Assembly (NCBI GenBank): GCA_036785375.1
Contig: JAWMAR010000563.1
Location: forward strand, 930,001-994,000
Source of the DNA: Leucoraja ocellata
Lineage: Eukaryota
Reading direction: 5' to 3'
DNA length: 64,000 bases
In this document: positions 12,039-24,500 of the stretch, one piece after another
How the letters are laid out: every line of letters starts with the position of its first letter
How positions within the stretch are numbered: position 1 is the first letter of the stretch
Made by a program: the position numbers and the translations under genes
The notes under the pieces: model-generated
The model's input: only the letters and a program-made list of their open reading frames with translations
Database searches by the model: none
What the model was told of the DNA's origin: nothing

Positions 12039-13339
12039 GTGTCAGAACGCAGTCTGAAGAAGGCTTCCGACCTACAACATCACCTATTCCTTTTCTCCAG
12101 AGATGCTGCCTGACCCACGGAGTTACTCCAGCATTTTGTGTCTATCTCTGTTTAGATTGGACTCGTGTGTGGAGATTGCGGCTGGTCTGGTGATCTAGAA
12201 CGAGGGCCAAAGTCTCAGAATATGGGTCATGATATTTAGTAATGAGACAAGGAGCAGTTTCTTCACTCAAGGGCTGGGAATCTTGGAATTCTTTATCGCG
12301 TGAGATGGTGGAAGTCGAGCCCTTGAAAGGAGAGATTTTTTTTTTCAAATACAAAAAGGATGAAGGATAATGGAGAGAATGTGGGAATAAGGTGTTGAGT
12401 TGCAGGATCAACAGTAATATTACTGATGGTGGTGTGAACTTAGATGGCTTATCCTTGCTTCTATTTCTTACAGAGACACAGCACGGAAACAGGCCCTTTG
12501 GCCAACCGCATCCGCATTGACCAGCAATCCCCGCACACTAACACCATCCTACACACACTAGGGACAATTTACACTTATACCAAGCCTACAAACCTGTATG
12601 TCTTTGGAGTGTGGGAGGAAACCGAAGATCTCGGAGAACACCCATTCAGTCATGGGGGAATGTACGAACTCAGTACAGACAGCACCCACTGTAAGGCAGC
12701 AACTTTACTGCTGCACCACCATGCCGCCCTTAATCCACTAGGGCACTAGGTTACAATAAACTTCCTACATATTCCAGGAATGCATCTCATAAAAATGGGA
12801 GAGATTTAAATGCAGTGTAAAATCTGCTCTCAGTTTCCTAGATCGATATTGCTCTAATGGCCTCTTTGTATCATTTTCTTTGATTTAAACCATCCATTGT
12901 TCTGCATTTAGATTTTATTTTTCCCCTGTGGATCACAAGGCACTGTTTGTTTCAGGGGTGACTCTAATCTCCAGCGTAATTTGACAAGACAGCCAAGAGG
13001 GCAAACACAGGCAGTTCAGAGCTGCTGCCTGTATCGCATGAGAGAACAAGAATGAGACCAACTTGTTTTTTGCAGATCATCAACCCTTGACTGATGTTAT
13101 CAATGCCGATGGTGACTCAAGGAGACTCAACCAGGTGGTGGTTTACAAAGGTCCATGCCCATTGTTCCTCATGGCATACCACCAGCCTCAACAGATCACC
13201 TAGTCATAGAGTCTCACAGCGTAGAAGCAGGCCCTTCAGCTCAACTTGTCCACGCTGGCCAACATGTCCCATCTACACTAGTCCCACATGCCTGCATTTG
13301 GCCCATACCCCTCTAAACCTGTCCTAACCATCAAATAAC

Positions 13340-13945
13340 CTAACAGAACTGTCATATGAGGAAAGATTTAAAAGACTAGGCTTGTATTCACTGGAGTTTA
13401 GAAGGATGAGGGGGAATCTTATCACATTGTTTACAGTGTACTATGTTTACAGATTCTGTTGTGCTGCTGAAAGTAAGAATTTAATTGTTCTATCTGGGAC
13501 AAGCTAGATGCAGGAAATTGTTCTACATGACAATAAAACACTCTTGTTAGATACAAGGGGATCTTATAGAAACGTCTAAATGAATAAAAGGACTGAACAA
13601 GCTAGATACAGGAAAAATGTTCCCAATGTTGGGCGAGTCCAGAACCAGGGGCCACAGTCTTAGAACAAAGGGGAGGCCATTTAAGACTGAGGTGAGAAAA
13701 AACGTTTTCACCCAGAGAGTTGTGAATTTGTGGAATTCCCTGCCACAGCGGGCAGTGGAGGCCAAATCACTGGGTGGATTTAAGAGACAGTTAGATAGAT
13801 CTCTAGGGGCTAGTGGAATCAAGGGATATGGGGAGAAGGCAGGCATGGGTTATCGATTGGGGCTGATCAGCCATGATCACAATGAATGGCGGTGCTGGCT
13901 CGAAGGGCCAAACGGCTTCCTCCTGCACCTATTTTCTATATTTCT
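13340..13945 (+). mobile_element. CR1 3' fragments nested in the THAP element
   Basis: ORF 13617: FPMLGESRTRGHSL...FTQRVVNLWNSLP; CR1 3' UTR. Confidence 0.9.
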
Positions 13946-16249
13946 AGAACACTCATCCAGTAATCCTCGAGCCCACCAGCTCATCCCGTAGTCAATTCAT
14001 CAGCTTTTCCATAAGAACTTCCATCAGTTCTTCCAAAAGAATGACAATCGGACAATCTCGATTACCCTCAGCCCATCAAGCAGCCCCTTAATTCGCACAG
14101 AAGTCTGAACTATTGAATGCTCACTGCATCTCTTTCCATGTCAGCAAGTTAATATCCAGCTGCATGAACCATGTGAAAAAGGAATAAATAGATGCATGTG
14201 GTGCAGTGATTTGTGCAGCACTATAGGTCTGGAGACCAAGAGGAGTTCACCATTGAACGGAGTTTGAACGGGGGGGCTTGAGGCCCCCGACCGAGGAAGA
14301 ACAAAAGGAAGGGACTTGAACTTTATTTCGCCTTCCATCATAGTGAGGAATGTGTAGGAGTCACTTTGGTGAATGTCCGTATTAAAATGTGTTTGTGAGT
14401 GCTGTTGCTTTTAATTGTATGACTGACCTGGCCAATGAAATTCCTCGTATGTTGCAAAACATGCTTGGCAAATAAAATCTGATTATGATTCTGAAAAGCC
14501 TTTCCCATACTCTTTCCTCTCTTTGATCTTTTTGCAGTTGACTGCCTTTCTGTACTTGTTGCAAGAGATTGTTGTGGCATCCAGCATCCTCGGAGAATGT
14601 AGAATTAAAGGCAGAGGCAATAAGATGGTTATTTGCCTCAAGATTGGGTTATTGTATCTCCAGAGGCTCTGGGAGACACAAGGTTCAAGAGGGAACACAA
14701 AAAGCCTAATTAGGAAGAATATTAAGAGTAAGATTTTCAATTAAAATACTGTAATTGATGGAACCTTGCCTTTAAATTGGTTCTTGGATGAAACCCTGAT
14801 GGTTCTCACATTATCTCTTTAAATTTACTCTCCTTTTCACACTTGCATTAAAACACACAGCCACCGCCATTCACAGTGATACTGCCCGGCACTCATAATT
14901 ACAGTCAACACAGCCACCTTGACAGCCACACAAAATGATGTAAATAAAAATTGTTTTCCTTGTTTAAGAAGTTCAATTTAGAATTATTTGAAATTGTGGG
15001 GTTTGGTACAAAATACTGCTGACCCACAAATGTGTTGCTATGCGACATTCACATTTAAAAAATCCATGTCTCAAAAAAAGCAAGAAGATGCCCATGTTAT
15101 TTGACCAACATCAGATGAATTTAAATATGTAGGTATGTATTCATTAGTTTTGCTCTTAATTCCCTTTTCCAAATCATTAATATATATGGTAAACAGTTGC
15201 GGCCCCAACACCAAGCCTTGCGGCAAAAAAATCCAGATGTTTAGTCAAACATGATTTCCCTTTCATAAATCCATGTTGACTTGGACTAATTATTTTACTG
15301 CTATCCAAATGCCCCATTATTACATCTTTTATAATTGACTCTAGCATCTTTCACACCACCAAAGTCGGGCTAACTGGTCTGTAATTCCCCGTTTTCTCTC
15401 ACGCTCCTTTCTTGAAAAGTGGGATAGCATTAGCTATCCTCCAATTCACAGGAACTGATCGTAAATCTATTGATCGTTGGNNNNNNNNNNNNNNNNNNNN
15501 NNNNNNNNNNNNNNNNNNNNNNNNNNNNNNNNNNNNNNNNNNNNNNNNNNNNNNNNNNNNNNNNNNNNNNNNNNNNNNNNNNNNNNNNNNNNNNNNNNNN
15601 NNNNNNNNNNNNNNNNNNNNNNNNNNTATGTGTGCATATTTATGTGTATACGTATGTATGTATGTATGTGTATATATGTGTGTGTGTATATATGTATGTG
15701 TATATATATGTATGTGTATAAATATATATATATGCAGATATTTATTATTACTATATAATTATATATATAATTGCCTTTATGGTTCATGCACATCATCTTA
15801 CAAGACAAATGAATTCCTGTAGTGATTATTTAAATCAGTTGCTTCTGATCCATGAGAATAAACTTTATTATCTCTAACTTGCCTCTCACACACAGACACA
15901 CATTCATATAAATATGTAAAATATATATACGTAAAATTTAATTTTGTGCAGTGTGTGTTAAAGCAATACAAGGGAAACTGTACAATACAATGCAAGGGAA
16001 ACTACGCAAAGGAGGGGGCTGTTCCCGCTACAAGATACTCGAGGATCTTTGCTTTGGATCAAAGATTATAGCGGAGCTCTATAATCTTTGCTTTGGATCA
16101 CAGCGGGTGGCATACCGGAAGTCACGTGTCGCATTAAAAAATGGCGGCCGTGACGTTCCGTCACGTACTACACGCCAGTCCATTGGATTTCGGAGGAGTG
16201 GTCTATCTTGCTCCTCTAGGATCTTTGACCTGGACAGTCGGGGGCGACC

Positions 16250-16317
16250 ATGCTCTGCCCGCTGCTGCCGCTGTTGCTGCTGCACGCCCTCCCTCCTGGC
16301 TCGAGCCCACGCTGCAG
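16250..16317 (+). pseudogene. MHC class I leader (signal peptide) exon with a +1 frameshift
   Basis: gcgaccATG, Leu-rich stretch, donor cag|gtgggt; deleting one C in gccctccctcctgg gives MLCPLLPLLLLHALLLARAHAA-G in phase 1, matching the alpha1 acceptor. Confidence 0.65.
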
Positions 16318-16361
16318 GTGGGTGACGGGCACTGATGGGCTGCCAACCCAGTCCCGGACAG

Positions 16362-17816
16362 TGGCTGAGGGTCTGTGTGTGGGTGAGGGTCAGTGTGTGG
16401 GTGACGGTCAGTGTATGGGTGAGGGTCAGTGTGGGTGAGGGTCAGTTTGTGGGTGGGTCAGTGTGTGGATGAGGGTCAGTGTGGGTGAGGGTCAGTTTGT
16501 GGGTGAGGGCCTGTGTGGGTGAGGGTCAGTGTGTGGGTGAGGGTCAGTGTGTGGGTGAGGGCCTGTGTGTGGGTGAGGGTCAGTATGTGGTGTAGGGTCA
16601 GTGTGTGGGTGAGGGTCAGTATGTGGGTGAGGGTCAGTGTGTGGGTGAGGGTCAGTGTGTGGGTGAGGGTCAGTGTGTGGGTGAGGGCCTGTGTGTCGGT
16701 GACGTTCAGTGTCGGGCTGGGCACCTTGTTCCGGTCAGGGGAATTGGCGGTGAGGGCCTGTGTGGGTGACGGTCAGTATGTGGGTGAGGGCCTGTGTGTG
16801 GGTAAGGGTCAGTATGTGGGTGAGGGTCAGTGTGTGGGTGAGGGTCAGTGTGTGGGTGAGGGTCAGTGTGTGGGTGAGGGTCAGTATATGGGTGAGGATG
16901 AGTGTATGGGTGAGGGTCAGTGTGTGGGTGAGGGTCAGTGTGTGGGTGACGGTCAGTGTGTGGGTGAGGGTCAGTGTGGGTGAGGGTCAGTGTGTGGGTG
17001 AGGGTCAGTGTGTGGGTGAGGGTCAGTGTGTGGGTGAGGGTCAGTGTGTGGGTGAGGGTCAGTTTGTGGGTGAGGGTCAGTGTGTGGGTGAGGGTCAGTG
17101 TGGGTGAGGGTCAGTGTGTGGGTGAGGGTCAGTGTGTGGGTGAGGGTCAGTGTGTGGGTGAGGGTCAGTGTGTGGGTGAGGGTCAGTGTGTGGGTGAGGG
17201 TCAGTGTGTGGGTGAGGGTCAGTGTGTGGGTGAGGGCCTGTGTGTGGGTGATGGTCAGTGTCGGGCTGGGCACCTTGTTCCGGTCAGGGGAATTGGCGGT
17301 GAGGGCCTGTGTGGGTGATGGTCAGTGTGTGGGTGAGGGTCAGTGTGTGGGTGAGGGCCTGTGTGTGGGTGAGGGTCAGTGTGTGGGTGACGGTCAGTTT
17401 GTGGGTGACAGTCAGTGTGTGGGTGAGGGTCAGTGTGTGGGTGAGGGCCTGTGTGTGGGTGAGGGTCAGTGTGTGGGTGAGGGTCTGTGTGTGGGTGAGG
17501 GTCAGTGTGTGGGTGAGGGTCAGTGTGTGGGTGAGGGTCAGTGTGTGGGTGAGGGCCTGTGTGTGGGTGAGGGTCAGTGTGTGGGTGAGGGTCAGTGTGT
17601 GGGTGAGGGTCAGTGTGTGGGTGAGGGTCAGTTTGTGGGTGAGGGCCTGTGTGTGGGTGAGGGCCTGTGTGTGGGTGAGGGTCTGTGTGTGGGTGAGGGT
17701 CAGTGTGTGGGTGAGGGTCAGTGTGTGGGTGAGGGTCAGTGTGTGGGTGAGGGCCTGTGTGTGGGTGACGGTCAGTGTCGTGCTGGGCACCTTGTTCCGG
17801 TCAGGGGAATTGGCGA
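16362..17816. repeat. 18-bp G-rich minisatellite (gggtgagggtcagtgtgt)n with three 39-bp spacers
   Basis: Tandem array; spacer gtcgggctgggcaccttgttccggtcaggggaattggcg at 16711, 17260, 17777. Confidence 0.97.
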
Positions 17817-18329
17817 GGGGGGGGGGGTTCAGTTGTGAGATGGAAACAGGGTTCACCAGCCAGTGGGTGAGGGTCATTGTCAGGATGGGCACAGCATAAT
17901 AACCCCTGGTACATTGAAACAGGGAGATCAGGAGGGTAAATAAGGGTAAATAAGGGAGATGAGAGATAAGTTAAAGGAGTATCCTGAGATTTTCCACAAA
18001 TATGTAAAGAGCAAAATGGTTTATATTGAGGGATTAGAATCCGTTCAGGATGAATATGATGGTCTGTGTGTGAATCCACAGGAGATTAGTGAGATTGCAT
18101 CTGTATTTTCAGTACAGAAGGTCATAGAAGCCAAGAATTACAGGAAATGAGCAGACATGTCTTGGAATGAATCCGCATTATAAAAGAGGCGGTGCTGCTG
18201 GTCTTACGGCATATTAAGTAGTAGAAACAAAGAACTGTCGATGCTGGTTGGTTATTACACAAGAGGGCATAAAGTGCTGGAGTAACTTGTCAGGTCAGGC
18301 AGCATTTCTGGAGAGTCTGAAGAAGCATC

Positions 18330-18712
18330 TCAGCCCAAAACATCACGTATTGATGGTGTGGAAAGTTTCATCTTGGGAGCAGATGAGAGAGAGACAGAGA
18401 AATTGGGAGCAAGGAATAGTGTATTTGCAAAAGTCAGGGTGGGAGGAGGTGTAGTGGGGATAACTGTGTGAGTCGGTAGGTTTGTAGCAGACATCAGTCA
18501 ATAGCCTGTCCCCAGTGTTGGAGGCAGAGAGATCACGAGAGGGGAGAGCGGCATCAGAGAAAGTCCAGGTGAATGTGAGGGCAGGTGGGTTAGTGATGAT
18601 GTTAATTAAATCAATGAGTTCTGCACGGGTGCAGGAGGTAGCCCCGATGCAGTCGTTCATGTAGTGGAGAAAGATTTGTGGGAGGTGCCAGAGTACGTTT
18701 GGAACAAGCAAA
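18330..18712 (-). mobile_element. Penelope-like element RT fragment
   Basis: ORF 18343..18711: YMNDCIGA...FTWT...YKPTDSHSY.HYTSSHP...IPCSQFL. Confidence 0.85.
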
Positions 18713-21565
18713 AAAATGTTTTATTTACATTATATATTAACGATTTAGATGAGGAAATTAAATGTAACATCTGCAAGTTAGCGGATGACACAAAGCTGGG
18801 TGGCTGTGTGAGCTGCAAGGAGGATGCTATGAGGCTGCAGAGTGACCTGGATAGGTTGGGTGAGTGGGCAGATGCTTGGCAGATGCCGTATAATGTGGGT
18901 AAATGTGAGGTTATCTACTTTGATGGCAAGAACTGGAAATCAGATTAATGTCTGAATGTTGTCAGATTAGGAAAAGGGAGGGGCAACGAGACCTGGGTGT
19001 CCTTGTACATCAGTCACAGAATGTAAGCATTCAGGTAGAGCAGGTAGCAAAGAAGTTGGCCTTCATTGCAAGAGGATTTGAGTTTTGGAGCAAGGAGGTC
19101 CTACTGCAGTTGTACAGGGCCGTGATGAGACCACACCTGGAGTATTGTGTGCAACTTTATTGTGTGATCTCTTTATTTGAAGAATGACATTCTTGCTATT
19201 GAGGGAGTGCAGTCTAAATTCACCAGGATTATTCTCAGGATGGCGGGACTGACATATGATGAAATAATTGGTCGACTGGGCTTGATTTCACTGGAATTTA
19301 GAAGGATGAGAGGCATTCGTATAGAAACATATACAATTCTTAAAGGATTGGACAGGATAGATGCAGGAAAAATGTTCCCTATATTGGGGGAGTCCAGAAC
19401 CAGGGGCCACCGTTTAAGAATAAGGGGTAGGCCATTTAGGACTGAGATGAGGAAAAAACGTTTTCATTAAGAGAGTTGTGAATCTGTGGAATTTTACTTC
19501 GGAGTCACGTGAGTGACTTCGTGAAGAACCCCGCTTACGACGCATGCGTGTCATATCGCTACACGCATTATGCGAGTCAGACATGGGAGAGGACGTCTCC
19601 CTAGAGGTAAATGGAAAGAAGCAGGTAAGAGACTGCAAACTTTTTGCCACTTACCTTGCAGGTAGGAAACTGCAGGATGAAGAAGCTGCGGGAAAGCTGG
19701 AGGGGAGAACCGCGGAGACAGCGGGCAGCCAGCAACATCACCAGCAGCCGACGGCACGCGAATCCTCCGGAGAGGAAACAGCTGTGCCCGACGTCGCTCC
19801 CCGCACCGGCAAGATTCACTGCTGCCGGGCGGGAAGCGAAGCAACACGTCCCGGGTTTCCAGACTCAGGCGAGTCTGGGTTGGATGCAGTCGCTAGCGGC
19901 ATCGGAGCCGATTGAAGCGGCTGGAGGACCGGGGCGAGCGACCAGTACCGTGAGTACGGGGTTGGTCAGAGGGGTTGAAGCCCTACGAGCAGCCGCGGGT
20001 GGCCTATGCTTGGGGCATTTTCTGCAGGTTTTTACCGCTGCAGACGACCACGAGGGACCAGTGCTGTAAGCACCAATGTCGGTCCCAGCGGCTAGAACGA
20101 GCAGCCGGGAGCGGCCAGTGCTGGGGGCATTGGTGCTCGTTTTAACGGATGCAGAAGACCGCGAGGGACCAGTGCTGTAAGCATCAGTGTCGGTCCCAGC
20201 GGCTAGAAGGATGAAGCCAGGAGCGGCCAGTGTGCTGGGGGCATTGGTGCCGGTTTGACCGGCTGCAGAACAACCATGAGGGACCAGTGCGTGAGCACCA
20301 GGGGCGGTTCCAGTGGTTGAAATTAACAGGTTTGTTGCACTGCATTCTGAATTTCTAGGAATGGACAGAGTAATGCGAAGAAGGCTGCGGAGAAGGTGCA
20401 GGAAGTAAGTCAGGAGTCTCGGATGGAGAGCTGTGCCTGACTTATTCCCGCGCTGGCAAAATCAACTTCTTGGCCGGGCGGGAAGGCAAAGAGAAAACTA
20501 CATTACTGTGAAAGTGATGGGGATTTGGAGCAGTCACTGGATAAAACCTACCAGTACCGGAGCAGGGAGCTCGAAAGCCGGTACGAGTGGCTGCAGGATG
20601 ATCAGCCGCCAGCAGGTGCCCGTGAGTACTGGGACTGCAAGGAGCGGCATAGTTATATCGGGCGGCCAAAAGCGACCATTCCCCGTAGGCATGGGGATCG
20701 GTTGCGGGAAGTACCACGTGCGACTAGTGCCCGAGAGCACCAAGGTCGGCAGGAGCGGGCCGATATATTAAAGCACCCGCGATCGACTAGTGCCCAAGAG
20801 CACGGAAGTCGGCTGGAGCGGTTGCTGGAGGAAATTCTCCACAGTGGCAGGCTCCGGGATATGGAGGATAGCCACAGTGGGCAAAAAATATGTCCCACAG
20901 CAGTTTCCCATAAGGGCTGCATGAAATATCAGATGCCTCTGAGGAGGGTATTGAAGGTCTGACTGGGTCAGAATCTGAGCAGGTGATGGAGCCACCTTCC
21001 CCTATTGAAGGGGAGAAAAACAAGTTGCTGGACATGGTGCCAGTACTTTCCAACAAGTACAAACTGGGAAGGATCTCGAGGCCAGGATGGCTGCCAGTGT
21101 TAATAAAGACATCACTGCGAAAGTGATGTGGAGAAACAGCCTCCGGATAATACTTACCGATACCGGAGTGAGGATGAGCAGCTGCAAGATATAGCGCAGC
21201 CAGCAGCGGCCACTTTTGTGGAGCTGGGAAATCGGTACGAGTGGCTGCAGCAGGTTGGGCCGTCAGCGACAGGTGCCGGGGAGTACCGGGACTGCGAGCA
21301 ACGGCATGACCAGTGCCTGTAGGCATGGGGACTGGCTGCGGCAAAACCGTGGCACGAAGGTCGGCAGGAGCGGTTGGATAAATTTAAACACCCACGATCG
21401 ACTAGTGCCCGAGAGCACGTAAGTCGGCTGGAGCGGTTGTTGGAGGAACTTCTCCAGAGTGACAGGCTCCAGAATATGCACGATAGCCACAGTGGCAAAG
21501 GTGTAAGTCCCTCAGCAGATTACCATAAAGGGCTGCTTGACATTTCATCCTCCTCAGAAGAGGGT

Positions 21566-24500
21566 AGAAACATAGAAACATAGAAACATAGAAATTAGGT
21601 GCAGGAGTAGGCCATTCGGCCCTTCGAGCCTGCACCGCCATTCAATATGATCATGGCTGATCATCCAACTCAGTATCCCGTACCTGCCTTCTCTCCATAC
21701 CCCCTGATCCCCTTAGCCACAAAGGCCACATCTAACTCCCTCTTAAATATAGCCAATGAACTGTGGCCTCAACTACCCTCTGTGGCAGAGTTCCAGAGAT
21801 TCACCACTCTCTGTGTGAAAAAAGTTCTTCTCATCTCGGTTTTAAAGGATTTCCCCTTTATCCTTAAGCTGTGACCCCTTGTCCTGGACTTCCCTAACAT
21901 CGGGAACAATCTTCCTGCATCTAGCCTGTCCAACCCCTTAAGAATTTTGTAAGTTTCTATAAGATCCCCTCTCAATCTTCTAAATTCTAGAGAGTATAAA
22001 CCAAGTCTATCCAGTCTTTCTTCATAAGACAGTCCTGACATCCCAGGAATCAGTCTGGTGAACCGTCTCTGCACTCCCTCTATGGCAGTAATGTCCTTCC
22101 TCAGATTTGGAGACCAAAACTGTACGCAATACTCTAGGTGTGGTCTCACCAAGACCCTGTACAACTGCAGTAGAACCTCTCTGCTCCTATACTCAAATCC
22201 TTTTGCAATGAAAGCTAACATACCATTCGCTTTCTTTACTGCCTGCTGCACCTGCATGCCTACCTTCAATGACTGGTGTACCATGACACCCAGGTCTCGC
22301 TGCATCTCCCCCTTTCCCAATCGGCCACCATTTAGATAATAGTCTGCTTTCCTGTTTTTGCCACCAAAATGGATAACCTCACATTTATCCACATTATACT
22401 GCATCTGCCAAACATTTGCCCACTCACCCAGCCTATCCAAGTCACCCTGCAGTCTCCTAGCATCCTCCTCACAGCTAACACTGCCCCCCAGCTTAGTGTC
22501 ATCCGCAAACTTGGAGATATTGCCTTCAATTCCCTCATCCAGATCATTAATATATATTGTAAATAGCTGGGGTCCCAGTACTGAGCCTTGGGGTACCCCA
22601 CTAGTCACTGTCTGCCATTGTGAAAAGGACCCATTTACTCCTACTCTTTGCTTCCTGTTTGCCAGCCAGTTCTCTATCCACATCAATACTGAACCCCCAA
22701 TGCCTTGTGCTTTAAGTTTGTATACTAATCTCTTATGTGGGACCTTGTCGAAAGCCTTCTGGAAGTCCAGATACGCCACATCCACTGGTTCTCCCCTATC
22801 CACGCTACTAGTTACATCCTCGAAAAATTCTATAAGATTCGTCAGACATGATTTACCTTTCGTAAATCCATGCTGACTTTGTCCAATGATTTCACCACTT
22901 TCCAAATGTGCTGCTATCCCATCTTTAATAACTGACTCTAGCAGTTTCCCCACTACCGATGTTAGACTAACTGGTCTGTAATTCCCCATTTTCTCTGTCC
23001 CTCCCTTCTTAAAAAGTGGGGTTACGTTTGCTACCCGCCAATCTTCAGGAACTACTCCAGAATCTAAAGAGTTTTGAAAGATTATTACTAATGCATCCAC
23101 TATTTCTGGAGCTACTTCCTTAAGTACTCTGGGATGCAGCCTATCTGGCCCTGGGGATTTATCGGCCTTTAATCCATTCAATTTACCCAACACCACTTCC
23201 CGGCTAACCTGGATTTCACTCAATTCCTCCAACTCCTTTGACCCGCGGTCCCCTGCTATTTCCGGCAAATTATTTATGTCTTCCTTAGTGAAGATGGACC
23301 AAAGTAGTTATTCAATTGGTCCGCCATATCCTTGTTCCCCATGATCAACTCCCCTGTTTCTGACTGCAAGGGACCTACATTTGTTTTAACTAATCTCTTT
23401 CTTTTCACATATCTATAAAAACTTTTGCAGTCAGTTTTTATGTTCCCTGCCAATTTTCTTTCATAATCTATTTTTCCTTTCCTAATTAAGCCCTTTGTCC
23501 TCCTCTGCTGGTCTTTGAATTTCTCCCAGTCCTCCGGTATGCTGCTTTTTCTGGCTAATTTGTACGCATCATCCTTCGCTTTGATACTATCCCTGATTTC
23601 CCTTGTTATCCATGGATGTACTACCTTCCCTGATTTATTCTTTTGCCAAACTGGGATGAACAATTTTTGTAGTTCATCCATGCAGTCTTTAAATGTCTTC
23701 CATTGCATATCCACCGTCAACCCTTTTAGAATTAATTGCCAGTCAATCTTGGCCAATTCACGTCTCATACCCTCAAAGTTACCTTTCTTTAAGTTCAGAA
23801 CCATTGTTTCTGAATTAACAATGTCACTCTCCATCCTAATGAAGAACTCAACCATATTATGGTCACTCTTGCCCAAGGGGGCATGTACAACAAGATTGCT
23901 AACTAACCCTTCCTCATTACTCAATACCCAGTCTAAAATAGCCTGCTCTCTCGTTGGTTCCTCTACATGTTGATTTAGATAACTATCCCGCATACATTCC
24001 AAGAAATCCTCTTCCTCAGCACCCCTGCCAATTTGATTCACCCAATCTATATGTAGATTGAAGTCACCCATTATAACCGTTTTGCCTTTGTCGCACGCAT
24101 TTCTAATTTCCTGTTTGATACCATCCCCAACTTCACTACTACTGTTAGGTGGCCTGTACACAACACCCACCAGCGTTTTCTGCCCCTTAGTGTTGTGCAG
24201 CTCTACCCATACCGATTCCACATCCTCCAAACTAATGTCCTTCCTTTCCATTGCATTAATCCCCTCTCTAATCAGTGACGCTACCCCACCTCCTTTTCCT
24301 TTCTGTCTATCCCTCCTGAATATTGAATATCCCTGGATGTTCAGCTCCCAGCCTTGGTCACCCTGGAGCCATGTCTCCGTGATCCCAACTATATCATAGT
24401 CATTAATAGCTATCTGCACATTCAACTCATCCACCTTATTACGAATGCTCCTTGCATTGAGACACAAAGCCTTCAGGCTTGTTTTTACAACACTCTTACC

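Larger units (their letters stand above)
10459..16227 (+). mobile_element. Non-autonomous THAP-domain DNA transposon (P superfamily favoured, hAT not excluded), with nested SINE/CR1 insertions
   Basis: 35-bp TIRs caaagat[tac/cct]agaggagcaagatagaccactcctc (3 mismatches); exact 8-bp TSD acctggac at 10451-58 and 16228-35. Confidence 0.9.

Noticed and set aside
16476-17899. Repetitive ORFs (VGEGQC)n / (WVRVSV)n; CRISPR-like look
   Set aside because: Stop-free 18-bp minisatellite; no unique spacers, eukaryotic context
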